Source: Cetorhinus maximus
Taxonomy: Eukaryota
Direction of reading: 5' to 3'
Assembly: GCF_964194155.1 (NCBI RefSeq)
Contig: NC_135901.1
Span: 30,008,001-30,072,000, forward strand
Length of the DNA stretch: 64,000 nucleotides
In this document: positions 1 through 11,304 of the stretch, piece by piece
How the letters are laid out: the number at the start of each line of letters is the position of its first letter
Numbering within the stretch: position 1 is the first letter of the stretch
The notes under the pieces: model-generated
Told to the model about the DNA's origin: nothing
Databases searched by the model: none
The model's input: only the letters and a program-made list of their open reading frames with translations
Program-made: the position numbers and the translations under genes

Positions 1-318
1 CTTGTCTACACACAGAACGTGTATAATGTCTCTCCTCACTGTGAATGGTGCGATGTTTCTTTCAGGCTGTGTAACTGGTTAAAGGTCTTTCCACAGTCAG
101 TGCACTGGAACACTCTCACTCGGGTGTGTGTGTCTAGGTGCTTTTCCAGTCACAGTGATATTTAAAACCTTTCGAAGAAGACACAACAGACAAACATTTC
201 TCCTTCTAGATTCAAAGGCCAATAATATTCAGGTCCCGGTGAATCGAGTGATTCTGTCAGATCATGACGTGGAGTTTGGTTTGAGATTTCTGTCTGCAAA
301 TCCTCTACTTATAATATC
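1..318 (-). other. 5' part of the main exon of a C2H2 ZNF gene (Z1; fossil-finger region); the gene continues off the left edge
   Basis: Reverse strand reads [27 protein letters not shown], preceded by a ttttacag|gatatt acceptor; homologous to the regions upstream of the other ZNF ORFs. Confidence 0.8.
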
Positions 319-858
319 CTGTAAAAGGAGTTTAAAAAAATCATTGTCAGTCCAGAATATAAATTCAGAACAGACAATTCTAGTTACTACAGCACACTCT
401 TTCCTCTCTTGTTCCACAAAAGCTGTAAATCTCCATCCCACACACAGTCCCTGTATTCTCACTCTGCTACACTCTCTCCATTCTAAATCTAATGTACCCA
501 GTATACACCTAATCATACTGTACTTAAAATGTACAGTACTCCATTACATAATCAGAGACACATGGGGTGTGAGGGAGAACTGTATTTCAGCAGCGAGTTG
601 TGATGACCTGGAACTCACTGCCTACGAGGGTGATGAAAGCAGAGAAGATCAATGATTTCAAAATGAAATTGGAAGGGCACTTGAAGGAAATAAGCTTGCA
701 CAGGAATGGGGATATAGAGGGGGAATGGGACTGACTGGATTGCTCCACAGAGAGTCGGCATAGGCTCGAGTTGCCAAATAGGCTCCTTCTGTATTTTTAA
801 TGAATATATGACTAGAAATAAATAACATAGTTGCAGTACTATATTACAAAACTAGAAA

Positions 859-1095
859 TAGTCGTTTGGTAGTACAGAACTTGAATATTGCTGAAAAAAG
901 ACATGTTGAAGCTTTTCATTTTGCACTCATCAGGACACTTTGCAAAAAGACAAATATAAGGTGAAAACAACAATTTATACTGTCTGTGAAGAGAGCGCTG
1001 ATTGGTTGGCAAGTGGACTCTGATAGGTACAGATATTCTTGCGAAGTGTACTGATGAGTGCAGGATGAAAAGCTTTGACATATCTCTTTTTTCAG
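859..1095. mobile_element. Penelope-like terminal fragment with inverted ends and minimal hammerhead-like motifs
   Basis: Inverted ends (~890-935 vs ~1047-1097), each with CTGATGAGTGCA..ATGAAAAGCTT; 12-bp direct repeat caaaactagaaa at 847-858 and 1096-1107; related copy at ~13560-13780. Confidence 0.65.
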
Positions 1096-1874
1096 CAAAA
1101 CTAGAAACAAGAATAAATGAACTTAACTACAGAACCATAAATAACATGCTAAAATGTCCCCTATCACAACATTAGACATCTCGAAGTTCTCTATTACTGT
1201 ATTGTCCAATGGCAGCACTCTTATGAAATAAAAGAAGGGACACTTCAACCTTGGGACCAGGGGAGGGTGGTGGTGGAATGCTGGTGACCATGAGAGAGGG
1301 TTGCGGGTGGGTGTTTGTGTTTCAATATGAGAGGTGATGGGGAGGAGGGGTCTTGAGACAATAATAGTGGGAGGGTGGGATTTAAAATCAACGAAAACTT
1401 ACAACTTATCTTGTTCAGTCACATCATCATCATCTCTCTGCTGGCTGACTCACTCACTTGCCGTCCCACTCGAATCACTCAAACTCACCCTGGAGACTCC
1501 TGGGATCAGTTTCCCACATGCTGGCCAAGAAATACGGGACAAAAGGTAAAATAAGGAGCAATCCCTGAAAATATAGGACAGTAAATCACCCTGAAATTGT
1601 CCCCTTCAATGTCAACCATCTCCTGGGGAAACCACCCCTTTAATTGTGAACATTAGGAAAGAGACCATCCTTTTAGCCAGACAAATAAACGTGTCAATCT
1701 GAGGGAGCAAAGGATGTCAATTTCTTTAAGAGAGAGACAGAGAGAGACCTGGGCCAACCTTTCCAGAGTCTGCATCCTCCCTGGATTCACTTCCTTTCCC
1801 TTCAGTTCCTACAAGTCAACAATTTGCCCCCAGAATGAGAAAAGAAATGGAAAGGGGGAAACATTGATTTCCTC

Positions 1875-2420
1875 ACAGATGTTGCCCAGAGGAGGAAGTT
1901 TTAGTCTGAAGCTCATTGTCCAACTTCCGCATTCTGACGTCCAGAATGGAACCCTGCCTGAATCAGCCAATAGGAATCAGTCTGCTCCGCCGTGACGTCC
2001 TTGGGTTCCAGTCTGCAGGCCAGGCTCGCGGACACGGGAAAAGCTGGAGGTCAATGAGCGCGCGGCCTCCAGGCGACCACCAGGGCAGGAGCTGCACATG
2101 CGCAGCTGTACGGCAGACTCGGCACATGTGCAGTCCCGGGCCGCCCGCCCGCGCGGCGGATAGAGCGGTTTCCCCAGCGCGGGCGATTGTGGGAGCTGCG
2201 GTCGTCATTACTCATCCGGAGCCCAGTCTCCAAACGCCTGGGACTGGGATGGAAAGTGGGGGTTGGGGGGGGGGGGGGGCACAGTGACCCCACCCTGACA
2301 CAAAGTACATGTGGGTAGTCACTGGATTTGATTGTGACGTCCCCTTAGCAAAACAGTTTGTCAACTTCAGGTGTAAAGATTCAGACACCTGGGTGACAGA
2401 TCGGGGAGGGCAACAGGTGA
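1875..2420. promoter_or_regulatory. CpG-rich bidirectional promoter P1 (X arm facing left, Z arm facing right)
   Basis: Two TGACGTC CRE-like sites, AGCCAAT, NRF1-like GCACATGCGC, GC box CCGCCCGCCC, reverse ZNF143-like site GATTGTGGGAG; both arms recur at other gene pairs. Confidence 0.7.
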
Positions 2421-2884
2421 ATGTGAAACTGAGGCCTAGTGTCAGCACCTTCAGGGGAGGGGAATTAGGGGGTTTACTTCTGCTCATGTTAATGACCCCT
2501 GTAACTGAGCTGGAGTTTAATATTCAGGATGTAAGTGGAATGAATCAGCTTTGGATTGAACACCCTATGTCATGCCCTTGATGTGGGATAAGTTGGGACT
2601 GCTGATTTGCTGGGTCAGCAGTGTCTCTTTAAGAACTGCTGTGTGTGATCTCTCCTCATTCATTCAGTGACTCTCAGCGGACATTATTTTACAATGAAAC
2701 AGGTCCCTTTCAGCATCACACCCAAACAACTCCTACGTGTGAAATCAACTAATCCGTGTCTGAAATGTTCTACTTATTGAAATTGCATAGAATTAACATC
2801 AAAGGACCAGACCATTGGGGCCACCTGGTCTGTGATGTTTTTTGTTCTCCACACATGCCTCCTCCCACTCCTCTTCACCTCATT

Positions 2885-3215
2885 GTCAGTCGAGGCTCAG
2901 TGGGTAACACTCCTGCCTCTGATTCCCAAGCATTTGGGCTCATGGCCCCAATCAGGAATTGAGCACAAAACTCACATTTGACCCTCCAGCGCTGTACTAA
3001 GAGAGTGATACCCTGTCGGAGGTGCTGTCTTTCAGGTGAGAGGCTGCACCGAGGTCCCATTTGCCTGCTCGGGTGGATGTAAAATATCCCACTTCATTAT
3101 TCTGGAAGAAGAGCAGGGCAGTTCTCTCCGGTGTCCGGGTCAACATTTATCCCTCAATCAACATCACAAAAACTTATCATCTGGTCATTATCACTTTGCT
3201 GTTTGAGGGACCTTG
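2885..3215 (+). mobile_element. tRNA-headed Deu-domain type SINE (SacSINE1-like)
   Basis: A-box-like head GGCTCAGTGGGTAA and central GGTGGATGTAAAA..TCCCA..GAAGAAGAGCAGGG..GGTGTCC; other copies at ~14600-14910, ~45390-45490 and ~47350-47575 (minus). Confidence 0.65.
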
Positions 3216-3314
3216 TAAATTGTCCAGAGGAGCTAGAGAGTCTGCAAAAAGATATAGGCAGGTTAAGTGAATGGGAGAACATTTGCAGATGGAGCATAAT
3301 GTGGGGAAATATTG

Positions 3315-3520
3315 GGAAGGGAGTTCCAGGGTTTTGACCCGGTGACAGTGAAGGAATGGTGATATGGTTCTGAGTCCGGATGGTGAGTGGCTTGGAGGGG
3401 AACTTGCAGGTGGTGGTGCATCTGCTGCCCTTGTCCTTCCAGGTCGGAGCGTTCACGGGTTTGGAAGGTGCCGAATCTGCAAAGTCTGTCCACAATCTAC
3501 AAGGCACCACGTGATTCAGG
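3315..3520 (-). mobile_element. 3' fragment of the LINE family also at 34240-35390
   Basis: Shares the CACCACCTGCAAGTTCCCCTCCAAGCCACTCACCATCC motif; further fragments at ~11060-11300, 26760-27030, 42535-42630 and 48580-48900. Confidence 0.6.
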
Positions 3521-3539
3521 AGAAGCTCTGGGATCCCCG

Positions 3540-4174
3540 GTTAGCATTAGGTTTATTTACAGGTTAGTGTATATTCCGGGTTAGGGTTAGTGTTGGGTTC
3601 AGTGTTAGGAATAGTGTTATGGTTAGGTTAGGCATTATGGTTAGGTTTAGAGTTAGGTTTAGGGTTATGGTAAGGTTTAGGGTTAGGTTTAGGGTTATGG
3701 CTAGGTTTAGGGTTAAGGTTAGGGTTAGGGTTGTGTTTAGGGTTATGGTTAAGGGTAGGGTTATGGTTAGCTTTATGGTTAGGTTTAGGGCTATGGTTAG
3801 GTTTAGGGTTACGGTTAGGTTTAGGTTTAGGGTTATGGTTAGGTTCATGGTTAGGTTTAGGGTTATGGTTTGGTTTAGGGTTAGGGCTAGTGTTAGGGTT
3901 AGGTTTATAACGAGGGTTCGGGTTAGAGTTAAGTTTAGGGTTTGGGTTATTGTTAGGAGTTATGTTTATGGCTAGGCTTAGGTTTAGGTTTTGTTAAGGT
4001 TTATGGTTAGGGTTAGGTTTAGGGTTATGGTTAGGTTTAAGGTTATGGTTATGTTTAGGGTTAGGGTTAGGCTTAGGGTTAGGTTTACGGTTGTGTTTAG
4101 GCTTAGGGGTATTGTTAAATTTAGGGGTATGGTTAGGTTTAGGGTTAAGGTTAGGGGTTAGGGGTTAGGGTTAG
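3540..4174 (+). repeat. Interstitial telomere-like array of TTAGGG with variant hexamers (TTATGG, TTAGGT)
   Basis: About 630 bp of in-phase hexamers, often as an 18-mer TTATGG-TTAGGT-TTAGGG. Confidence 0.95.
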
Positions 4175-4352
4175 GCCCCTTTATTTCTGGGTTGGTGCAT
4201 ACGCAAGACCCTTTATCTCTGGGTCATTGTATACACAAGCTCCTTTATCTCCAGGCCAGTTTATACACAACCCCCTTTATCTCTGGCCCAGTTTATACAC
4301 AAACCCCTTTACCTCCGGGTCAGTGTATACACAAGCCCCTTTTATTTCCGGG
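4175..4352 (+). repeat. ~32-bp minisatellite, about 5.5 copies
   Basis: Unit approximately CCCCTTTATCTCTGGGTCAGTGTATACACAAG, directly abutting the telomere-like array. Confidence 0.85.
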
Positions 4353-5302
4353 TTTTCAATCCCCCTTGAGCTCAGCATCTCCTTGCTCAGCCCATCCTGC
4401 TGCATTCTGGGTAGGGGTTATCTTGGCCGTTTCCTGCTCTTTACCCACTATCCTCTGATTTCCAGCTATTCCAATATCCATGTATTGTTTGCGCATTAAC
4501 AGTCCGAACGTAACCTTGAGAGTGGTTCAAAAGTTCAAAACTCCTCGCCTAAGTTAAAAATGCTCAAAATGGGGAGCCTCCTCCCAATTTACTTCATCAA
4601 GCCCCACCGACATATTCTTCTGTTTCTTTCTCCTTCATGTGTTTATCCAGTTTCCCCTTACAGACATCTATCCTATACACCTCACCCACCCCCCCCACCC
4701 CCACCCCCCAACCCCGTGGGAGCGAGATCCACATTCTCACCACTCTCTGGGTGAAGAAGTTTATTTTCTTAACTTTCTTCTTGTCCCTTTTAATTGTTGC
4801 CCAGTTTCTCAGCTCGATCTGCTGATCCTGGAATAGGGAAAAGGGCTGAGAAAGGATGAGGCAACTGAGACTTCACATCACTTCCCTGAACAGCAGGGCT
4901 CAGTCCATCCCATACTCTAGCCTCTGAGTCTGAAGGTCGTGGGTTCAAGTCCCCACTCCAGAGATTCGAGTCCCCCATAATCCAGGGCTCACACTTCTTC
5001 AGACTTTAGCTGGCAGGTTCCTAAATTCTGGAATTCTCTCCCTTAACCCCTTAACTTCTATCTTTTCCTTTTAGACTCTGCTGAAAAGTCATCTTTTCTT
5101 ATCCCAGTGACACCAAGACTTGACAAACTGTGTGTCCAAAACAAAGCTGATTTATTTATCATTTACCCAGAATATTAAACTCCAGCTCAGTTACAGGGAT
5201 TATTCACATCAGCAGAAACAGACCCCAACTGTCAGAATGAACATGGTTCAGTCCTGGATGTGATTAGCAGCAGCAAAAACAGCAGAATCCAACCCCTGCA
5301 GT

Positions 5303-6360
5303 CAAACATGAATTCGCTGGTGTGTCAGGAGATGGGACGAGTGAGTGAACTTTCAAACAGCCTTTCCCTGATGTGAACTTACTGGTGTATCAACAGGCTG
5401 GAGGATTGGCTGAATTCCTTCCCACACATGGAATATTTAAATGTCTCTCCCCAGTGTGAATTCACTGGTTTGCCAGCAGCTTAGCTGACTGAGTGAATTC
5501 CTTCCGAGTTGGATCAGGTGACTGGTCTCTCTCCGGTGTGAGCTCATTGATATGTTATCAAGCTTAATGAGTGAGTGAATCCCTTCCAACATTCAGAGCA
5601 GGTGACTGGCCTCTCGTGGTGTCCCAGCAGGTGAGAGGAATCTCTGAACCTCTTCACACACTGGGAGCGAGCAAAGGGCCTCTCCACAGTGTGAACTAGT
5701 TAGTGTCTAAGCAGGGTGGATGAGCAACTGAATCCCTTCCCACACAGAGCAGGTGAATGGCTTCTCCCCACTGTGGCTGCATGGTTGAATTTCCAGCTTA
5801 AATAAAATTACCTGGGAAAACTCAGCAGGTCTGACAACATCTGCGGAGAGGAACACAGTTAACGTTTCGAGTCCGTATGACTCTTCAACAGACCTAAGGA
5901 AAAATAGAAGAGGGGTGACATATAAACAGGCTTAAGGACAAGTAGAGCTGGATAGAGGGCCAGTGATAGGTGGAGATAGCCAAAAGATGTCATAGATAAA
6001 AGGACAAAGAGATCTAAGGAATGTGCTAATACGTGACATTAAGGGTAGAAAGCAGGACGAGCAAGGTACACATAGCCCTAGTGGGGGTTTCCAGCTTGGT
6101 TGCTTTCTCAAAGCTCTGCCACTGCCATTTTTATATAGTTCATCTTCTGTCGGGTTACAGTTGTCCATCACTAAGCAGGATGATCAATTGAAGCCTCACA
6201 CTGATAGCTGAAAACTTTTCAGTAGATAGACAAATAATTTTTCGTTCTGCATTCAAAGGCTGATAATAGTCAGATCCTGATAAGTTGAGTAATGCTATCA
6301 GATCTTGACGTGATGTTTGGTTTGCATTTCCTGTCTAAAAATCCTCCCTATTGATGCCCT
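5303..6360 (-). pseudogene. Heavily decayed C2H2 ZNF pseudogene (Z2, partner of a Z arm), interrupted by a Penelope-like fragment
   Basis: Reverse strand has eroded HTGERP/CSxCGKGF repeats with many stops and indels, followed by the family 3' UTR motif at ~5225-5300 and AATAAA at ~5152. Confidence 0.85.
5800..6087 (-). mobile_element. Penelope-like element 3' fragment
   Basis: Matches the end of the 15435-16795 element; 10-bp direct repeat tttccagctt at 5790-5799 and 6088-6097. Confidence 0.75.
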
Positions 6361-6699
6361 GTAAACGGAGATTAGAAAAGATTACAGAAGTAAAGGGTGG
6401 AAAACTAGTACTGTCGATTCCAGTTCTCACAGGACATCCTTCTCCCTCTCAAACTATAAATCTCTGCACTTCCCCCCAACACCACAACAACACTCACTCC
6501 TTATTGATTGTAACAATGTGCAAGGGTACAGGGAAAAGTCCGAGCAATGGCACTAGGTCGTGATACTCATTTGGAGAGCTGGTGCAGACACGATGGGCCG
6601 AATGGCCTCCTTCTGTCTGTTAAAATTCACCTCCCCCACACCCCATACAGTCCCTCCTCCCTATTGATTGTAACCCTAATTCACCTCTTGCCCTGCTCA

Positions 6700-7173
6700 G
6701 TATGTCACCCAGGTGTCTAAACCTTTACACCTGAAGTTAACAAACTATTTTGCGAAGGGAGCATCACGATCAAATCCAGTAACTACCCACATGTACTTTG
6801 TCTCAGGGTAGAGTCACTGCACTCCCCACCCCCACCTTCCATCCCAGTCCCAGGTGTTTGGAGATTGGGATCCGGATCAGTAATGGCAGTCGCAGCTCCC
6901 ACAATCCACCGCGCTGGGGACACCGCTCTATCCGCCGCGCGGGCGGGCGGCCCAGGACTGCGCATGTCCAAGGAAGTGGGGAAGCTGCGCATGTGCGGGG
7001 CAGAGCCCCACCCCCCTTCCCAATCCCGATTCTCTTCAGGCTGAGGAATCGACCAATGGAAAGAGTTGGAGGACCGGAAGGACTCTGGTCCTCCAGCTAT
7101 TCAGAGCGCGGGCTTTGTGTGAATGAAGATTGAGCTTCACACAGACTAAAACTTCCTCCTGTGTCCAACATCT
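6700..7173. promoter_or_regulatory. Bidirectional promoter P2 (Z arm left, Y arm right) with first non-coding exon
   Basis: ZNF143/Staf consensus match CTCCCACAATCCACCGCG (6896-6913), GGGCGGGCGG, two TGCGCATGT NRF1-like sites, CCAAT, CCGGAAG ETS site; donor GTAAGT at 7174 and acceptor TTGCAG at 7246. Confidence 0.75.
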
Positions 7174-7489
7174 GTAAGTAAAACACTTTCTTTTCTCCCC
7201 CTTTCCATTTCTTTTCTCATTCTGGGGGGAAATTGTTGTTTTGCAGGAACTGAAGGGAAAGGAAGTGAATCCAGGGAGGGTGCAGACTCTGGAAAGGTTG
7301 GCCCAGGTCTCTCTCTCTCTCTTAAAGACATTGATATCCTTTGCTCCCTCAGCTTGACACATTTATTTGTCTGGCTAAAAGGATGGTCTCTTTCCTAATG
7401 TTCACAATGAAAGGGGTGGTTTCCCCAGGAGATGGCTGACATTCAAGGGGACAGTAAATTAATATAGAACAGAGAAATGTCCAAGATAG

Positions 7490-7615
7490 AAGCAAAATAC
7501 TGCAGTTGCTAGAAATCTGAAACAAAAACAGAAAATTCTGGAAAAACTTAGCAAGTCTAACAGCATCTGTGGAGAAAAAAAACAGTTAGCGTTTCAAGTC
7601 CTTTTGACTCTTCCG
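7490..7615 (-). mobile_element. Short Penelope-like 3' end fragment
   Basis: Same terminal sequence as 15435-15560. Confidence 0.6.
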
Positions 7616-8621
7616 ATATGGCTAATGTTATATGGTACATATTAGATATATTATTTATGGTTCAGTAATAAGATACATTTTATTATTATTTCTAATCTTG
7701 TAATATAGTACTGTAACTAGGTTATATATTTTCAGTCAGAGTCATTATGGCACAGAAGGAGTCCATTCGGCAACTGAATCCATGCCGACTTTCTGCAGAG
7801 CGATCCAGTCAGTCCCATTGCCCCTCTATATCCCTGATCCCATGCAAGTTTATTTCCTTCACGTGTCCATCCAGTTTGATTTTGAAATCATTGATTGCCT
7901 CTGCTTCCACCATCCTCGTAGGCCGCGAGTTCAAGGTCATGACCACCTGCTTCTTCACCTGTGCCTTAACCAAGTGATGCTGTCCCAATGATGATGCAGG
8001 AAGATTTTCAGATCTCTGTGTCCAGGGGAATAAGCAATCAGCATTGATCTGTCGATCAGCATGAATCAGCGCCTTTCGGAGAATTGGGAGGGTGTATGTG
8101 AGGTACAGCAGAGTGAGAATGGAGGGAGAGTGTGTGGGTTGGAGATTTACAGCTTTTGGGGAACGATAGAGGAAAGAATGTTGCACAGGAACTAGAATTG
8201 CTTTCCTGAATTTCTATCCTGTACTGAGAGTGATGACTTTTGTAATCTCCTTTCACAGTAGATAAAAAGAGGAGTATTTTCAGAGAGAAATTTCACACTA
8301 AACATCACATCAAGGTCTGACAGAGTCACTCAATTCATGGGAACCAAACATCATCAGCCTTTGAATCTCGAAGGAGAAATGTTTGTCTGCTCTGCCTGCT
8401 TTGAACGGTTTTAAACACCAGTGTGACTGGAAAAGCACCGAGAGACACACACACCTGAGTGAGAGTGTTCCAGTGCACTGACTGTGGAAAGAGCTTTAAC
8501 CAGTTACACAGCCTGAAAAAACATCACCATTCACAGCGGGAAGAGACTGCACACATGTTGTGTGTGGGAACAATGCTACATCTGATTGTCAAACCTGGAA
8601 AGACACAAGGACAGCCGCACC

Positions 8622-9200
8622 ATGGAGAAACCGTGGACATGTGGGGACAGTGGGAAGGGATTCAAGAACCCATTCAAGTTGGAAACTCATCGACGCAGTC
8701 ACATTGGGGACAGGCCGGTCATCTGCTCTGAGTGTGGGAAAGGATTCAGTGATTCATCTGCCCTGCGGAAGCACTGGTAAGTTCACTCTGGGGAGCGGCC
8801 GTTCATCTGCTCTGCGTGTGGGAAGGGATTCACTCAGTTATCCATCCTGCTGACATACCAGCGAGTTCACACTGGGGAGAGGCCGTTCACCTGCTCTGAG
8901 TGTGCAATGGGATTCAAGCAGTTTTCCCACCTGCTGCAACACCATGTCACTCACACGAATGAGAGACTGTTTAAATGCTCACACTGTGGAAGTGGCTTCA
9001 AAAGCTCTCGGGAACTGGAGAGCCACCATCACATTCACACTGAGGAGAGACCTTTCAGCTGCTGAGTGTGGGAAGGGATTAAGTGATTCATCCGGCCTGC
9101 TGAGACACCAGCGAGTTCACACTGGGGAGACACCGTTCACCTGCTCTGTGTGTGGGAAGGGATTCACTCATTTATCCAACCTGCTGAGACTCCAGGTGAA
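8622..9200 (+). pseudogene. C2H2 ZNF pseudogene (Z3), about 7 fingers
   Basis: cgcaccATGG start, [14 protein letters not shown]; TAA at 8778-8780 in finger 2 and later frameshifts; family 3' UTR at 9205-9330. Confidence 0.85.
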
Positions 9201-10329
9201 AGTGATTCCAGGGATTGGATTCTGCTGTTTTTGCTGCTGTTACTTACAACAAGGACTGAACCATGTTCATTTGGACAGTTGGCGAAGTGGGAGGGTCAGA
9301 GGGTTTCTTTCTGCTGGACTGGCCGGTCTCACGACTTTGTTTCTAGTGGGCTGATGCTCTTTGAGCCTGAGAGTGCACATTTCCAATTAAATGATCCCCA
9401 AAAGCTGATGAAGTAAATTTATTTTATCCTGGACAGTAAATAGTGTTTTTCCTACCACTACAGGTAGATCTAAAATAAATACATTTGTCTCTGTTCCATT
9501 GAGTCTACAGCACAGGGCCAGGCCAGGCGGCTCAATTGGTCTCTGTCAGTATTTATGCTCCACATGAACCTCCACCCACCCCTCTTCATCTCCTCCCATC
9601 AGCATATCCTTCTATTCCTTTCTCCCTATGTATCTAGCTTCCCCTTAAATGTAATCATGCTATTAGGATAGTAGGATGAATTAGTGTTACAATCAATAGT
9701 TGGGACGGAATGTCTGGGGGGCACAGAGGTACATAGTGGCATTGCCATTGGACTAGTATTGCAGAGACCCCGGGTAATAATCTGGGGACCCGGGTTAGAA
9801 TCACACCACAGCAGATGTTGAAATTTGAATTCAACAAAAACCAGGATTTAAAGGTCTGATGACGACCATAAAACCATTGCTGATTGTTGCAAAAACCCAT
9901 TTGATTTGTTTCACTAATGCCCTCGAGATAAGGAAACAATTTGGGATGAGCCACCCACATCCCATTAACGATTGTAGGATGTTCTATGACATAATCATAA
10001 TCTTGAACAAATCTTTTGTCAATTTCTGTTTCAAAATATTCCTGTGAAAAACTTGGAACATGTTGTTACTTTAAAGGTGCCATATAAATATAGGTTGTTC
10101 TGTTACTGAAGGCTGTCACTTGAACTCCCCACTACTCCCAACTCCAAGACCCCGAAGATGAACAGTCTGATCAACCATCTCATTCCCACAGCACAGCCCA
10201 GACATTCTCAGTGAATCTCCTGTTCTCAGACTCCATTGTGACTCTGTCCCTGCTGTCTCACTGTGCTGAGCTCGTGTGTGAACAAAGCATTTATGTCTTC
10301 AGACTTTTACTCTAAGAGTTTTAACCCAT

Positions 10330-10730
10330 CCGGAGACGATGAATAGGCTGGGTCACTTCTCTCTTGGAAAGACAAAGCTGAGGGCTATTGGAGGGTTTTT
10401 ATAATTCTGAAAGGTTTTGATAAACACAGAAAATGTTTCCATTTGTAGGAGGAAGAGGAAAACGAGAGGCCATTGTAAATCTAATCAGGAATTCAGGAGA
10501 AACTTCTTTACCAGAGAGTGGTGAGAATGTGGAACTCGCTACCACAGGTAGTGATGGAGGTGAATAACACAGATACATTTAAGGGGAAGCTGGATACGCA
10601 CATGGGGGAGAAATGAACAGAAGGATTCACTGATAGAGTGAGATGAGAAAGCATGGGAGGAGGCTCACGTGAATTATAAACCGTGGACTAGATTGGGTGG
10701 GCTGAATGAGCTGTTTTTGTGCTGTATATT
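10330..10730 (+). mobile_element. Old CR1 LINE 3' fragment
   Basis: FRRNFFT-RVVRMWNSLP type C-terminal ORF2 motif. Confidence 0.65.
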
Positions 10731-11304
10731 AAATGTAATTGAACCTGGTATTGCGTTTAACTCTGACATAGTCAATTCCGGGTTAAAGAGAAACAGTTTC
10801 ACTCACAGAAGAACATTTCACCTCATTGTTTCCAGGGATTGTCCAATCACTGCCTCTTGTCAGTCAGGTATCCGTGTGAGGAGCCAAGACATTCAATTCA
10901 ACTGCAAACATCTCATGTGATTTGTTCCAATATGTCTTTCAAGAGCAAATATTTTGCAAATTGACTGAATTTTTAAAAATTCACTGATACCAGTGCTTTC
11001 CCAAAACGATTATTATTTTTCAGCCAGTCTTTATCAAATTGGAGAGTCTGTTTCATCCAGGACAAACTGCCCACTTGATCAGCACCCCATCCATCACCTT
11101 GAACATTCACTCCCTCCATCGCTGACACACTGTGGTTGCAGTGTGTACCATCTACAAGATACACTGCAGCAACTTGTCAGGCACCTTTCAACAGAACCTT
11201 CCAATACCTCTACCAGCTCGAATGACAAGGGCAACAGACACATGGGAATGGCATCAGTTGAAATTTCCCATTGTGTGACACTCATGACTTGGACCTATAT
11301 TGCT

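Noticed and set aside
1598-1650. Resemblance of the intron module (TGTCCCCTT..ACCACCCCTTTAATT) to the Tx1 3' UTR at ~33341-33372
   Set aside because: The match is too short and gapped to support common origin without an alignment
2150-2260. Z arm as an snRNA, snoRNA or tRNA gene
   Set aside because: No recognisable RNA family, box motifs or Pol III terminator; better explained by clustered transcription-factor motifs
3564-3975. ORFs of NLTITL and MVRFRV repeats as real genes
   Set aside because: They are translations of the telomere-like hexamer array
4175-4352. ~32-bp repeats (also 11305-11470 and 63548-64000) as CRISPR-like arrays
   Set aside because: Contiguous units with no unique spacers, no cas genes, vertebrate context
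8412-8426. Shared in-frame TGA in the fossil finger as a selenocysteine or readthrough site
   Set aside because: A TAA precedes it in the same frame and copy-specific frameshifts follow, so no continuous reading frame exists
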